A stretch of 64,000 nucleotides of DNA from Vicinamibacteria bacterium. GTDB taxonomy: Bacteria > Acidobacteriota > Vicinamibacteria > Marinacidobacterales > Marinacidobacteraceae. The stretch's first letter is position 1. Every line of letters begins with the position of its first letter. Where the stretch lies: contig CAXXLQ010000004.1 in assembly GCA_963668695.2 (NCBI GenBank), positions 2,784,001-2,848,000 on the forward strand, written 5' to 3'. The notes below the pieces were generated by a model. The model saw nothing but the letters and a program-made list of their open reading frames with translations. It was not told the DNA's origin and searched no databases. A program made the translations under genes and the position numbers. This document shows positions 8,056-21,300 of the stretch, one piece after another.

Positions 8056-10605
8056 TCAGCGTTGCGGTTCGCGCAAGCGATCCTGACGGAGCCGCTCCAG
8101 ATTCTGCTGCGCCGTTTCGTTCCCGGGATCCAGCGCCAGCGCCCGCTCGAAGCTTTGGAGCGCCTCCTCGCGCCGGTTCAGGTAGTAGAGGGCGGCGCCG
8201 ACGTTGGAGTGGATCTGGGCACTGTCGGGGTCGGTCTCGAGATGTGTGCGGTAGAGATCAAGGGCGTCCCGGTAGCGGCCCTGCCCGAAACGCAGCAGCG
8301 CCAGGCGGTCCAGGGCGTCCGGGTGGCCGGGATCCAGTTCCAGCGCCCGCAGGTACCGCCGGGCCGCCTCCTCGTCCGGGCGCCCCATTGCGATGAGCGC
8401 GCGCCCGATCAGGACCTCGCGGGCGGGCCGCACGCTTACCTCGGGCTCCAGCGCGATCGAACGTTCCAGAGCTTCGATGGCGGCCTCGTATCGTCCCAGT
8501 TCGAAGAGGGTGGCCGCTCTTCCGGCGTGCGCCGAACCGAACGCGGGATCCAGCTCCAGCACCCGCCGGTATTCGTCGAGGGCCTTCTCGTAGAGCCCCT
8601 GATCGCGAAGCGCCTCGGCCACGTTCTGGAGGACGGCGACGCTTTCGGGGCCGGTCTCGCGGGCGCGACGGATGTGGACGTCGGCCTCTTCCGTCCGGCC
8701 CTGACGCCGCAGCACGCCGGCAAGCCGCAGCAGGGGGTCTCGGCTCGCGGGCTGCAGGCGCACCAACACGCGGTATTCCTCCGCGGCTTCCTCGAGACGG
8801 CCCAGTTCGCTCAGCGACTGCGCCCGCATGCTGCGCAGGTTCGCGGCGACGTCCGAGTCGGGCCGCATGACGAGGGCCCGGCCCAGCGCCTCCGCCGCTT
8901 CTTCGTGCCGGCCGAGTTGGAACAGCGCGTCGCCGAGTCCGGCGGCGGCGAGGCCGTAGTCGCCGTCCATCTCGAGCGCCTGCCGGTAGAAGCCGACTGC
9001 GGTCTCGTGTTGTCCCTGCCGCCGGAAGAGTTCCCCGAGGTTGTGGGTCGCATTCCGGTGATCGGGATCCAATTCCAGCACCCGGCGAAGGTGCTTCTCG
9101 CCTTCCTCGAAGCGCTCCAGATTGAGAAGTGCCGCCCCCAGGTTGGCATGGGCGTTTGCCGGATTCGCTGAGGTCTTCATGGCGCGCTCCGCCGCGTCGA
9201 GCGCCTCTTCGTGCCGACCCTCCTCGATGAGTGCATCGGTGAGATTGAGATAGGCGTCGCGGGCGTCCGGATTGAGGGAGACGATGTGACCGAAGAAGGC
9301 CGTCGGGGCCCGGTAGATTCCCGACTGGCGAAAAGTACTTTCCGAAAAGACGGCGAGCACCAGGACGAAGGAGGCTGCCACTGCGACCCTGCCGCCGCGC
9401 GGCAGGGCGTTCGCCCCCCGGGCGGCGCCGGCGATGACGAGAGCGATGATGCCGAGACCGGCAAGATACTGAAAGCGGTCCGCCACGAACGCGTACTGCA
9501 TGTAGCCGTAGTTCACGAACCCGAGCACCGGAGACAGGGTCACCCCGAAGAAGAGGAGCGCCGTGAGCGGCCCCCTCCCCACGTGGCGGCGTCCGAACCA
9601 AGCCGCCGCGCCGAGTGCTATCGCGGCGAGAAGATAGGCCCAGGCCACGGGGTCCGACGACCGGATGTCCCAGAGCGGATAGATCACCGGGAGCTCACCC
9701 GGCCAGATCAGCTTCCCGGCATAGAACCAGAGGGCGCGGGCCGCGATGAGCACCCGCTCCAGCAGGGAGTAGTCGAGTTCCACGACTTCACGGGTCCGGT
9801 AGTACGCGACATCCGCCACCGTAATCGCGAGCCCCACCGCAAAGAACGGAGCGGTCCGCAGGACATCACGACGCTCGACCCGGCCGGCCTTCCAGAAGCG
9901 TTCGAGGAGGAAAGAGGCAGGCAGGGTGACCGCGATCGACTTGCTGAGCAGTGCGGCCACGAACGCCAACAGGGAACCCAGGTAGCTGAGCGGTCGGGGG
10001 TTTCGGACGAACCGGAGCCACAGCAGAAATGCGCCCAGGAAGAAGGCCCCCGAGAGGAGATCCTTCCGTTCGATGACCCACGCCACCGACTCCACATGCA
10101 GCGGATGGACGGCGAAGGCGGCCGCCGCGAAGAATGCTCCCGGCACCTCGAGTCGCAGTAGCAGTCGCCAGATCAGCAACGTGCAGAGCAAGTGAAGCAG
10201 GAGATTGAGCAGGTGGTAGGGGAACGGCTCGAGCCCCCACAGTTGGCGTTCCAGCCAAAAGCTCGTGTACACGATGGGCCAGTAGTGGCCCTCGTGGCGG
10301 ATGGCGCCGGGCGAGGACCAGATCTTCGCGAGGCCCGAAACCCCCTCCCGCATCACCGGTTCCTCGACGAAAATGGTGTCGTCCCACACGAAGCCGGCGG
10401 AGAGCGTCGGGAAATAGCTGAGCAGGATCAGCAGCCCGAGGGCGAATCCCAGGAGCACAGTCCTCCGGAACCCGCCCCGCTTCGTGAGCGCGCTTGCGGG
10501 CTCCAACCGGTCCGGCGCGGCGTCCCGGCCACCCGGAACGGCCGTCCGTTCCAGCGCGCGCCGTTGACGCCCGGTCGGCCTGGTCGTGCGACGAGACGGC
10601 GTCAC
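8056..10605 (-). CDS. TMTC-like GT-C membrane glycosyltransferase (putative protein O-mannosyltransferase) with C-terminal TPR array
   Basis: GFVWDD, YWPIVYTSF, YHLLNLLLH, FAVHPLHVESVAWVIERKDLL, ALLSKS and VADRFQYL parallel the TMTC motifs. Multiple TM segments are followed by roughly 10 TPRs. Confidence 0.85.
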   Translation of the reverse strand: MTPSRRTTRPTGRQRRALERTAVPGGRDAAPDRLEPASALTKRGGFRRTVLLGFALGLLILLSYFPTLSAGFVWDDTIFVEEPVMREGVSGLAKIWSSPGAIRHEGHYWPIVYTSFWLERQLWGLEPFPYHLLNLLLHLLCTLLIWRLLLRLEVPGAFFAAAAFAVHPLHVESVAWVIERKDLLSGAFFLGAFLLWLRFVRNPRPLSYLGSLLAFVAALLSKSIAVTLPASFLLERFWKAGRVERRDVLRTAPFFAVGLAITVADVAYYRTREVVELDYSLLERVLIAARALWFYAGKLIWPGELPVIYPLWDIRSSDPVAWAYLLAAIALGAAAWFGRRHVGRGPLTALLFFGVTLSPVLGFVNYGYMQYAFVADRFQYLAGLGIIALVIAGAARGANALPRGGRVAVAASFVLVLAVFSESTFRQSGIYRAPTAFFGHIVSLNPDARDAYLNLTDALIEEGRHEEALDAAERAMKTSANPANAHANLGAALLNLERFEEGEKHLRRVLELDPDHRNATHNLGELFRRQGQHETAVGFYRQALEMDGDYGLAAAGLGDALFQLGRHEEAAEALGRALVMRPDSDVAANLRSMRAQSLSELGRLEEAAEEYRVLVRLQPASRDPLLRLAGVLRRQGRTEEADVHIRRARETGPESVAVLQNVAEALRDQGLYEKALDEYRRVLELDPAFGSAHAGRAATLFELGRYEAAIEALERSIALEPEVSVRPAREVLIGRALIAMGRPDEEAARRYLRALELDPGHPDALDRLALLRFGQGRYRDALDLYRTHLETDPDSAQIHSNVGAALYYLNRREEALQSFERALALDPGNETAQQNLERLRQDRLREPQR

Positions 10606-11717
10606 CGGGTCCGGGCCCCCTTTGCCCCGTACACGTACCGATTGGCGGCGCCGAAATTCAGCAGACTGCCGATGAGCACCCCCGTAATCAGAGCCAGCAA
10701 GCGCTCTTCGGCGAAGAAGCCAACGAACCCGGTCAAGAACCAGTAGCTACCGAAATTCACGAGCAGTCCGGCGATGCTGGAGGCAGCAAAACGGATCCAC
10801 TGCCCACCGGGAGGCGCGGCGGGCCGGTCCCGGAAAGTAGCGATCCGGTTCCACCACCAGTTCCAGCTCACCGCCGGCCAGAAGGAGAGGAAGCGGGCCA
10901 CGAGGTGGGAAAGCCCCAGCCGTTGCAGACCGTAATAGAACGAGGTGTCCACCGCCAGCCCGCTGGCGCCGACCAGGCCGAACGAGAGGACGCGGAGTAG
11001 TGCGGGAAAACGGAACGCGTAGAGCCGCCCCAGGTGCACCAGAAATCGGAGTTGCTCCCGCCGGTTCAGCTTGCTGGCTCCGAGACTCCGATCGCGGAAA
11101 AGGAAGGGCACTTCCCGGACCCGCAGCGCGCCCCGGACCATGAGTTCGAGTCCAATCTTGTATCCGATCGGGCGAAGGTGTTCGCGAGATGGCAGGGCCC
11201 GGCGGTCCACCGCGAAAAAACCCGAGAGCGGATCGGAGCAGCAAACGAGAGGGCGCGCCAGTAGCGTGGCGACGCGGGAGTTCAGCCGGCGATATCTGCT
11301 CCAATGGCCCTCGATTCCGCCACCCGGGGCGTAGCGGCTGCCGACCACCAGGTCGCAGGCGCCGTCGAGCTTGGCCAACAGGTCGGGAATCCGCTCCGGC
11401 GGATGCGACAGATCGGCGTCCATGACGCAGATCCGGTCGAAGCGCGCGAGGCCGATTCCGTCGAGTACGGCAAGCGAGAGATCGCGCGGTTGGCCACGGC
11501 GGATTTCGAGGCGGATCGGGAGCCGGCGCGACAAGTCGGCTACCAATTCCTCACTCCCGTCCTGCGAATCGTCATCGGAAAGGAGCAGTTCCCATTCGAA
11601 GCCGCTGCCGGAGAGCGCCGCGCGGACAGCCTCGGCGAGTCGGCGAAGATTTGCCGATTCGCGAAGGGTTGGTACGACGACCGAGACCCCGTTTCGTGCA
11701 ACTGGCCTTTCGATCAT
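10602..11717 (-). CDS. Polyprenol-phosphate mannose synthase-like GT2 fused to a GtrA flippase-like domain
   Basis: VSVVVPTLRE, DDDSQDGS, VMDADLSHPPE, VVGSRY..GG and DPLSGFFA, then a GtrA-like 4-TM domain (FGLVGASGLAVD...WNWWWNRIATF). Start placed at ATG 11717. The stop overlaps the next gene's start (GTGA). Confidence 0.85.
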   Translation of the reverse strand: MIERPVARNGVSVVVPTLRESANLRRLAEAVRAALSGSGFEWELLLSDDDSQDGSEELVADLSRRLPIRLEIRRGQPRDLSLAVLDGIGLARFDRICVMDADLSHPPERIPDLLAKLDGACDLVVGSRYAPGGGIEGHWSRYRRLNSRVATLLARPLVCCSDPLSGFFAVDRRALPSREHLRPIGYKIGLELMVRGALRVREVPFLFRDRSLGASKLNRREQLRFLVHLGRLYAFRFPALLRVLSFGLVGASGLAVDTSFYYGLQRLGLSHLVARFLSFWPAVSWNWWWNRIATFRDRPAAPPGGQWIRFAASSIAGLLVNFGSYWFLTGFVGFFAEERLLALITGVLIGSLLNFGAANRYVYGAKGARTR

Positions 11718-12256
11718 CCCGTCCCTTAGGGCCCAAGCAGGCCCTTCCACCGTAGCGCAAGCGTGGGCTCCCGGGCGCCGGGGTTGCAAATGCGGGCTGC
11801 TTGGGCGCCATCGCGTCCGTACCTTTGGGTCGCGGACACGACGAGGCATTTTCGCTTCTTTGGTCGCGCCAATTGCCGAGGGGATCTGCGGAGCGGATTG
11901 TGGTGAATTCGATGCGCGAAATGAAGGGTCGCGCTTCGCGCCCCAAGCTGCGGTTTGCTGTCTCAGTTTGCCGGCCGGGAAGACTTCCGTCGAGCGACCC
12001 GTGTCCTGATACCCGGCGTTGAACAACTGTCCATCGGCCGCGAAAGAGGGCAGCTTCGAGAGGGTGTTCATCGAGACTCCGCGAGTCTGGTGACCGCCCC
12101 CCCGGAAACCCCCTCGGGGGCAGGCCGAGAATCTGCGCCCGGCTCGCCGTCGCCAGGGTTTTCGGTGCGGCTTCCGCCACCGCCGCGAGGTTCTCCAGCT
12201 GTTTTCCCGAAGGAATCGAGTGGGGTTGCGGTAACACCCAATAGGGAGACGTTCGA

Positions 12257-12283
12257 TTGACAATAGGAAATGGCGAATACAAT
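12257..12283 (+). promoter_or_regulatory. Candidate sigma70 promoter for the giant adhesin
   Basis: TTGACA (12257-62) and TACAAT (12278-83) in an AT-rich patch. The spacer is only 15 nt, which is short. Confidence 0.35.
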
Positions 12284-12305
12284 CAATGGCGCGAGTCGGA
12301 AGTGA

Positions 12306-15300
12306 TTGAGAACAATCAGGACATTTCCCAAATGTCATGGGGTTGTGAAGACGTACCCAAAAGAATCCGGCGGATCAGAGCGTCGGGGAAGCGGATCCGG
12401 GGAAACTGAGCGGACCCCGCGGGCGCGCGGGGGTGCCGGAGGGACGCGTCGCGGGACGATCCTCCTGTTAGCGGGTCTGGCCGTGCTCCGGTCGGTCGCG
12501 GCCCCGGCGCAGACCGAAGTGGACCTTCTGACGACCACGCTGACACCGGCCGCAATCGGGACCTCGGGTGTGGGATACGCCCCACCAGGAACCGGGTCCC
12601 TCGGCGCCGACTCCTTCTACTACCGGGGATTCACGTACCAGATCAGAGGTCTCAGGGCTCGTTCGGTGGCCGGATTGGGCGCCAACCGGAGCCATTTCTG
12701 TCTGGCCTTCCAGTCGCCGTTCGTGAACGGCCTCCGGCACCGAGGCAGTCTTGCCAATGTCACGCTTTGGGTCGGAGACGATGCTTACGCATTGCGAGAT
12801 GCGCTCCAGGAAGGCGGCGCAAATCTTTGCTGGTACCCACGCGTGGCCTTCGGCCAGGTATTGGAGGCGGGGGTCGCGACGACGCTGCGGATCACGACGA
12901 CGGAGATGCGCCCGGTGCTCTCCATCGAAACCCAGCCGCGGAACGGCGACACCTATTTCAAAGGGGAAACGCTCCGATTCCGGCTCTCGACCGGGGATCG
13001 GATGAGGGTCAGGGGACAGCCGACGCTTGCGTTGAACATCGGAGGCGAGATCGTCGCCGCTACCGCCATGAGGGCGTGGGTGCGGCCTTATGTGGATTTC
13101 ACATACACCGTGGCCGATGGCGATGTGGACACCAACGGTGTGAGCGTGGCGGCGAACTTGTCGGAGACCGGCGGGACGCTTCAGCTCAATGGGGGCAGCC
13201 TCCTGACCGCGAACGATTCAATTGCCTTTCTCGAGTTCTCGGGTCTGCCCGACCAGGCGGGGCACAAGGTGAATGGTGACCTCGCGGACACGACGCCGCC
13301 GGCGCTTGCGAGCGCCACCGTTCAGTACCGCGAAGTATGGCTCGACTACGACGAGCCGCTCGACCGGAGCAGGAGGCCCGGCACCGGCCAATTCACGGTG
13401 ACGGTGGATGGGGCAGCGGCCAACATCGAGTCGGTCGGCTTTGGCTCTGACCGGCGGCTCGTGCTCACTCTCCAGACGGCGGTCGACACCGGCGACACGG
13501 TGCTTTTGTCCTCGACGGCGACGATCCGGGATCTGAGCAGGAACACCGAGGCGTCCCCGCCGGCCGACTACGCCCTCGTCAATAGGACTCTCGCCATGGC
13601 GCCCACCCTTGTCCTGTCCGTCAACAAGGAAGAAGTCGTTGAGGGGGAAGAATTTGAGCTGACAGCCACGCTATCCCAAAGCGTCGGGTACGCAGTCTCG
13701 GTGCCGCTGTCAGTGTCGCCACTTTTTGCGCTGAGGGACTTGCCATCCAGAATCGGGATTCCGGCCGGGGAGACGGAGGTGACGATACCGGTGACTACGA
13801 ATCACTTGGCTACTCGCGCCTACGACATCGAAGTCACCATAGGGGCGGGCGAAACCGATTTCTATTCCGGTCGTCCGGAAGTCACCTTCACCGCTCTGGA
13901 CCGGGATGCATCCTACCGATACAAGGTCCTACCCTTCTCCAATCTGGGAGAGGTCGTCGAGGGTGCCTCGAACACGAGCATCGGCGTCAACTTCAAGGTC
14001 TCCGCCGTCGGCCCCGCCGCCGCCGCCCCTGGATCCGTTGCCTTTCAGGTCCACACCCAGGGCCAGACGGCCAGGTACCCGGGCGACTATGCCGCGGTCG
14101 GACGATTAGTTGAGATCCTGCCTGAAGGTTTCACTTTCGTCGAGGCGGCCCAGCGGTGGGAGGCTTTGATCTCGGTTGAGGTCCAGATTCTCGCGGACGA
14201 CGAACCAGAAGGCGACGAAACCTTCGATCTCACGTTGAGCTCGGCGCCCGGGCGGAGGCAGAATGTGGACTTTTGCGGCTCGGGCCAAGCGCAGATTTGC
14301 CGGATCTCGATCCTGATCACCGATGACGACGTCGGAGTCCGCGTCGGTCTTGAAGCACGGGACGGATCCCAGCGGATTTCGACAGCGGAGAGCAGCGGCG
14401 AGGTCGAGGTGGACTTCGTGGGTTTTATTACCCCGGGTCTTGAGAGGGGTCCAGCGATGGAGTTCCGGATTGCGGCGGAGGACGGTTCTGCCAACCTGCC
14501 GGCCGACTACGGATTCTCGGGGGCGACCGGCGCCTCCACCACCGTACGGATTGGCGCTGCGGACTGGGTAACGGGGGAGGAGAACGGCGAGGTTCTCCTC
14601 ACCGTCAGAAAGCCGATCCGGTTCGACCTCACCGACGACCAGCTCGATGAGAATCAGGAGGAGTTCGGGGTGCGCCTGGGGGAACCCGTCGATCCCATCA
14701 AATACCTTGAGTCGATCGCCGGCAAGCAGTTCGTCACGGTAGCCATCGAGGACGACGACGAGCGCGGGGTGATCGTCTCGCCGACGCTTCTCGAACTCCT
14801 TCCCGGAGAGACGGGGAGCTACCAGGTCAACCTGGGCTCCCAGCCGACGGGGACCGTCACCGTCACCCTGGCCGGTCCCGATCATGGAGATCTGGAGGCC
14901 TCTCCGCCAACCCTCACCTTCACTGCCGATAGCTGGCGTACGGCCCAAGCGGTGAGCGTCGAGGCGACCGACGGCTTCCTCATCCCCGACGAGGCCACGA
15001 TCGACCACGAGGTGACTGGCGCCGACTACGCGGGCTTCGCGGCCGATTCGGTGTCCGTCCGGGCCACGAACGCGGACGATACCGACCCCCTGCCGCAGCT
15101 CGGAATCGCCGACGCTTCCGCTGGCGAAGATGACGGCACGATGTCGTTCGAAGTGACCCTGAGTGCCGCGAGCAGCGACGAGGTGACGGTCCGGTATGCG
15201 ACGGAGGAAGGAACCGCCGAAGCGGACGCGGATTTCACCGCGGCGTCCGGAACCGTGACGTTTGCCGCTGGCGTCCGAACCGCCACCATCGAGGTGACGC

Positions 15301-18300
15301 TGCTGGATGACAGTTCCGACGAAATGACGGAGCAATTCCAGGTGACGCTCAGCAATGCTGTCAACGCCGAGATCGACGACGACACCGCTGATGCCGAGAT
15401 CGAGGACGACGACGAGCCGCCCACCGCCTCCGTCAGGGGCGGAGCCGCTTACGAGACCAGCGGAGAACTTGGGTTCACCGTCAGTCTTTCGGCGCCGAGC
15501 AGTTTCGATGTCACCATGCGTTACGAGACGGTTGAGCTACCCGTGGACGATGGTGGGGCCACCGAGGGCACGGACTACGAGGCGACGGCCGGCGCCCTCA
15601 CCATCGCCCCCGGTGTGAGCGCCGTCAGAGTAAACGTCCCGATCCTGAGTGACAGCCTGCACGAACCGGACGAAACCGTGGGTCTGGCGTTGACCAGACC
15701 GACCAACGCCGTATTCGGCACGAACCAGGCAAACGCCATCGGAACGATCCAGGATGACGACGACCCGCCGAGGCTCACCGTGACCGGCGGGACGGCCACC
15801 GAGGCCGACGGAAGCATTCCCTTTACGTTCGAGCTTTCCGAAGTCAGCGGTCTCGCGGTGGTCGTGCCGTACGAAACGCAGGACGACACGGCCACCGCTG
15901 GGGCCGACTACCAGAGTTCTTCGGGTTCTCTGACGGTAGCCGCGGGCCAGACGCAGGAGACGCTCCGAGTGCCCCTCTACCGGGATGTGCTCACCGAACC
16001 GGACGAAACCTTCGGCTTGCTCGTGGACGAAGACACCTTGGTGGGGGCCACCTATCGGGAGGCTGTCTCCGATCCGGTTGCGACTATCCGGGACTCCCCC
16101 GGGCCCGGGCTCACCGTCGGTGACGCCATCGCGACCGAAGTATCCGGAACCATCCGCTTTCCGGTTGGCGTCCTCGGCACAAACGCGTCCGCAGTGACCG
16201 TTTCCTGGACGACCCGGGACGGGACCGCGGTCGCCGGATCGGACTACACGGCGGCGAGCGGAACCCTGACCATCCCCGCCGAAACGCGCGAAGCGGACAT
16301 TACGGTGACGCTGCTCACGGACCAGACAGCGGAGCGCGACGAGACGTTTTCGGTCGTTCTGAGCAATGCGTCCGGCGCTGCCCTCATTGATGCAACGGCC
16401 GTCGGCACCATAACCGAAGGCGCGCTTCCGGTGATGAACGTTGCAGCCGCTCAAGCGTCCGAGGGTGCCCCCTCGCTCACTTTCACGGTTTCCCTGAGCG
16501 AGGCAGGCACGAACGAAATTCGGGCCAACTATCGGACTTCGGAGGTCACGGCGACGGAGGACGAGGACTATACGGAGACCTCCGGGGTCCTGACCTTTGC
16601 ACCGAGCGACCTCAGCAAAGAGGTCATTGTGCCCATCCTCGCGGACTCCTTCGACGAAGCGGACGAGACTCTGCTGCTGACCCTGAGCGGGATCCGGAAC
16701 GCGACGCTGGGCGCGAGCCCGGCAACCGGGACGATCCAGGACGACGATGACGCGCCCACTGTCAGCATCTCGGACGCCGAAGCCACCGAGGGCGGAATTC
16801 TCACCTTCGAGGTGGGCCTGTCGGCGCCCAGCCGGAGGCAAGTCACGGTGGCGTACGAAACCATCGATGGCACCGCCAGCGAGCCGGACGACTACACCGC
16901 GGCGGAAGGAACGCTGACCTTCGCTCCCGGCGACACTGCGCGGCAGATTCGCGTGTCGCTCCAACAGGACTCAACGTACGAGCCGTCGGAAACCCTCTCG
17001 GTCGGTCTCAAGAGTCCGGTCAACGCGCCGGTACCCGGGGAAGAAGACGGGAGCGCCAAGGGGACCATCCTGGACGACGACGTACGCGCGGTGGTGGTCA
17101 ATCCCTCCGAACTCACCGTACCGGAGGGAGGCGAGCGCAGCTACACGGTCGTTTTGTCCACCCAACCCGCGGGGTCCGTGACGGTGGCGATCGCAGTGGA
17201 AGGCAACACCGATGTTTCCACCCACTCCTCCACCCTGACGTTCACGACACAGAACTGGAACACCGCGCAGGAGGTGATGGTTTCCGCAGCCGAAGATGGG
17301 GACCGCGAGTCGGAGACGGCGACGATCAGGCACATGGTCAGCGGCGCCGACTACGCAGCCGTCCAGGCGGATTCGGTAGCCGTCGAAGTCACGGACGGGG
17401 ACACCGCCTCTACCGTGATCGCGCTCAGCGTGGAACCGAAAACGGTCACCGAGAGCGGTGGCGCCCAGGCAGTGGTGGTGAAGGCTGCGCTGAACGGTGC
17501 GACCCTTCTCGCCTCGACGGTGGTGACGGTGACCGTTCAGGGGGATACCGCGACCGTTACCGACGACTTCGCCCCGGTGAGCGCCTTCAACCTGACGATT
17601 CCGGCGGAAGCGGCGGAAGCGACCCGGACCTTCACGCTCACCCCGGTGGACGATGACATTGACGAGGGAGAGAGCGAGACGGTATCGCTTACCGGCGCTA
17701 CTGCCACCCCAGGACTGACCGTGAGGGCGACGAAAGTGACGATCACCGACGACGACGAGCGCGGGGTGACGGTGCGGCCCAGGAGCCTCACGGTGGCCGA
17801 GAACTCGACCGGCCAGTACACCGTCGTGCTGGAGAGCGAGCCGACGGGCAACGTGACGGTCACCCTCGCGAAGTCCGGGAGCGACGCCGTCACCGTTCCC
17901 GCCACGCCGCTGACCTTCACGAGCTTGAATTGGGCGACGGCCCAGACGGTGACAGTGACGGCGGCGAGCGATGTCGACGCCGACAACGAGGAGGCAACGG
18001 TTGCGCACGCCGTGACCGGGGCGGACTACGCCGGGGAGCCGGCGGATTCGGTGCAGGTCACGGTTGCGGACGAGGGACGGCTCGCGACGACGATCGCGCT
18101 GTCGGCGGCTCCGAGCGTGTTGGACGAGGACGGCGGAGCGACGCCGGTGGTGATTACGGCGGCGCTTGACGGCGCGACGCGGACCGCGCCGATCGTGGTG
18201 ACGGTCGAGGTGGGCGCGGCCGCTGACAGAGCCACGGAGGGGACGGACTACGGGCCGGTGAGCGACTTCACGATGACGATCGCCAGCGGCGCGGTGTCCG

Positions 18301-21300
18301 GGGCAGGGACTTTCACCCTGACGCCAATGAACGATCTGGTAGCGGAAGGCGACGAAGTGATATCGGTCATCGGGACAACCACCGCGGTGGACCTGACGGT
18401 GACGGGGACGGCGGTAACGCTGGCGGATGACGACGAGTCATCGGGGCGGATCACCCTCTCGGCAAATCCGGATTCGGTATCCGAAGGCGGCTCCGCTACC
18501 GCGATCACCGTGATCGCGGCGCTCGACGGCGCGACACGGACGGAAGCTACGGCGGTGACCGTGTCGGTGGGCGTCGGGACGGACAGCGCGACCGAAGGTA
18601 TCGACTACCAGGTGGTTTCGGATTTCACCGTGACGATTCCCGCGACGATGAGCAGCGGTACGGCGACGTTCACGCTCACGCCCAATCAAGACCTGGTGGG
18701 AGAGGGCGACGAACGGATTTCGGTGGTTGGCGCTGCCGTCAGCTTCGCGGTAACCGGAGCGAGAGTGACGCTAACCGATGACGAGACGCTTGCTACCGGG
18801 GTCACGCTGTCAGCCTCGCACACGTCGGTGGGTGAGGATGACCAGCCGACGGTGGTGTCGGTGACGGCGACCCTGAACGACGCGACCCGGTCGACGGCGA
18901 CTGCGGTGACCGTTTCGGTAGGCGACCGGGGAGATGGCGCGACGGAGGGTTCGGACTACGCCCTGGTAGCCGACTTCACGGTAACGATCCCCCCGGCTAC
19001 GGCGAGCGGGACGGGGACGTTCACACTGGAACCCACTCAGGACACGCTGGGTGAGGGTGACGAGTCGATCTCGGTGGGGGGCAGGGCGACGGACCTGACC
19101 GTAACCGGGACGGCGATGATCCTGACGGACGCCGAGACGGTGTCGACGAGGGTAACGCTCTCGGTGGAGCCGGCGAGCGTGGGAGAGGAGGATTCGGCGA
19201 CGGACGTGGTGGTGACGGCAGAGCTGGACGAGGATTCACGGGGTTCGGCGACGGCAGTGACCGTCGCGGTGGGGAACGCGGGAGACGGTGCCACTGAGGG
19301 GACGGACTACCAGGTGGTGGGAGACCTGACGGTCATGATCCCAGCGGGGATGACCAGCGGGACGAGAACCTTCACGCTGACGCCCAGGGACGACGACCTG
19401 AATGAGGGGGACGAGGATATTTCCCTCGTCGGGACGACTACCGCGGCGGGCCTGAGCGTTACCGGCGCTCGGGTGACGATCACCGACGACGAATCGGCCC
19501 CGATGACAATCGCCCTGAGCGTGCAACCGCAGTCGGTCCCCGAGAACGGGGGCGCGCAGACCGTCACCGTGGTCGCGACATTATTGGACGGGGGCGCATT
19601 CGTGGCCGCGACCGTGGTGACGGTCGAGGTTGGCGACACCGGCGACGGCGCCACCGAAGGAACGGACTACGGCGCGGTGGGCAGCTTCTCATTGACCATC
19701 GCCGGGGGCGCGCGCCGCGGGACGGGAACATTCCGGCTAACACCTGTCGACGATCTGATCTACGAAGGGACGGAGAGCGTCTCGGTGAAGGGAACGACCA
19801 CGGTTCCCGGCATCACGGTCAATGGGACGGAACTGATGCTGGCCGACAGCGAGATCGAGAGCATGAAAGTCCTGCTCTCGGCCGATCCCGTGCGGGTGGG
19901 TGAGGAGGATTCGGCGACCGCGGTGATGGTGACAGCCGCGCTCGACGGGGGAGTGCTTTCGTCGCCGACCGCCGTCACGGTCCAGGTCGGGGCGGGGGGA
20001 GGTAGCGCGACGGAGGGGACGGACTACGCCACGGTTTCGGACTTCACGGTGACGATCGGGGCGGGTGCGACGAGCGGGACGGGGACGTTCACGCTGACGC
20101 CGACGCAGGACTCCCTGGGCGAGGGTGACGAAACGATATCGGTAGGCGGGAGTACCACGGTGGCGGAGCTGACCGTCAGGGGCACGGAACTTACCCTGGT
20201 CGACGACGAGACCTCCTCGACGGTGATCACCCTGTCGGCGAATCCCGCCGCTGTCGGAGAAGGGGATTCGGCCACCGCCGTCGCGGTGACGGCGGTGCTG
20301 AATGCCACCCCGCGCCAGCTGGCCACGGCGGTGACGGTCGCGGTGGGGGATACGGGGGACAGTGCGACGGAGGGGACGGACTACGCCACGGTGTCGGACT
20401 TCACGGTGACGATCGGGGCGGGCGCGACGAGCGGGACGGGGACGTTCACCTTGACGCCGACGCAGGACGCCCTGGGCGAGGGTGACGAGGCGATCTCCGT
20501 GGAGGGCTCGGCGACGGGACTGACGGTGACGGGGACATCGTTGACGCTGGAAGACGACGAGACGGTTTCCACGGAGGTGACGCTGTCGGTGAACCCGGCG
20601 AGCGTGGGAGAGGCGGACGGGGCGACGGCGGTGGTGGTGACGGCGGCGCTGGACGGGGGCGCTCTGGGCTCGGCGACGGAGGTGACGGTCGCGGTGGGGG
20701 CCGGAACGGACAGTGCGACGGAGGGGACGGACTACCAGGCGGTGTCGGACTTCACGGTGACGATCGGGGCGAACGCGCCGAGCGGGACCGGGACGTTCAC
20801 GCTGACGCCGACGCAGGACGCTTTGGGCGAGGGTGACGAGAGCATCACGGTGGGAGGGACGGCGACGGACCTGACGGTGACCGGTACGGCGTTGACGCTG
20901 ACGGACGACGAGACGGTTTCGACGGGGTTGACGCTGTCGGTGAACCCGGCGAGCGTGGGAGAAGCGGACGGTGCGACGGCGGTGGTGGTGACGGCGGCGC
21001 TGGACGGCGGCGCTCTGGGCTCGGCGACGGCGGTGACGGTCGCGGTCGCGGTGGGGGCCGGAACGGACAGTGCGACGGAGGGGACGGACTACCAGGCGGT
21101 GTCGGACTTCACGGTGACGATCGGGGCGGGTGCGACGAGCGGGACGGGGACGTTCACGCTGACGCCGACGCAGGACTCCCTGGGCGAGGGTGACGAGAGC
21201 ATCACGGTGGGAGGAACGGCGACGGACCTGACGGTGATGGGAACGTCGTTGACGCTGACGGACGACGAGACGGCTTCCACGGCGGTGACGCTGTCGGTGA

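Noticed and set aside
11718-12338. 200-aa N-terminal extension of the GT2 ORF
   Set aside because: Low-complexity, Arg/Pro-rich translation that overlaps the divergent promoter region; GT2 homology starts near 11717.
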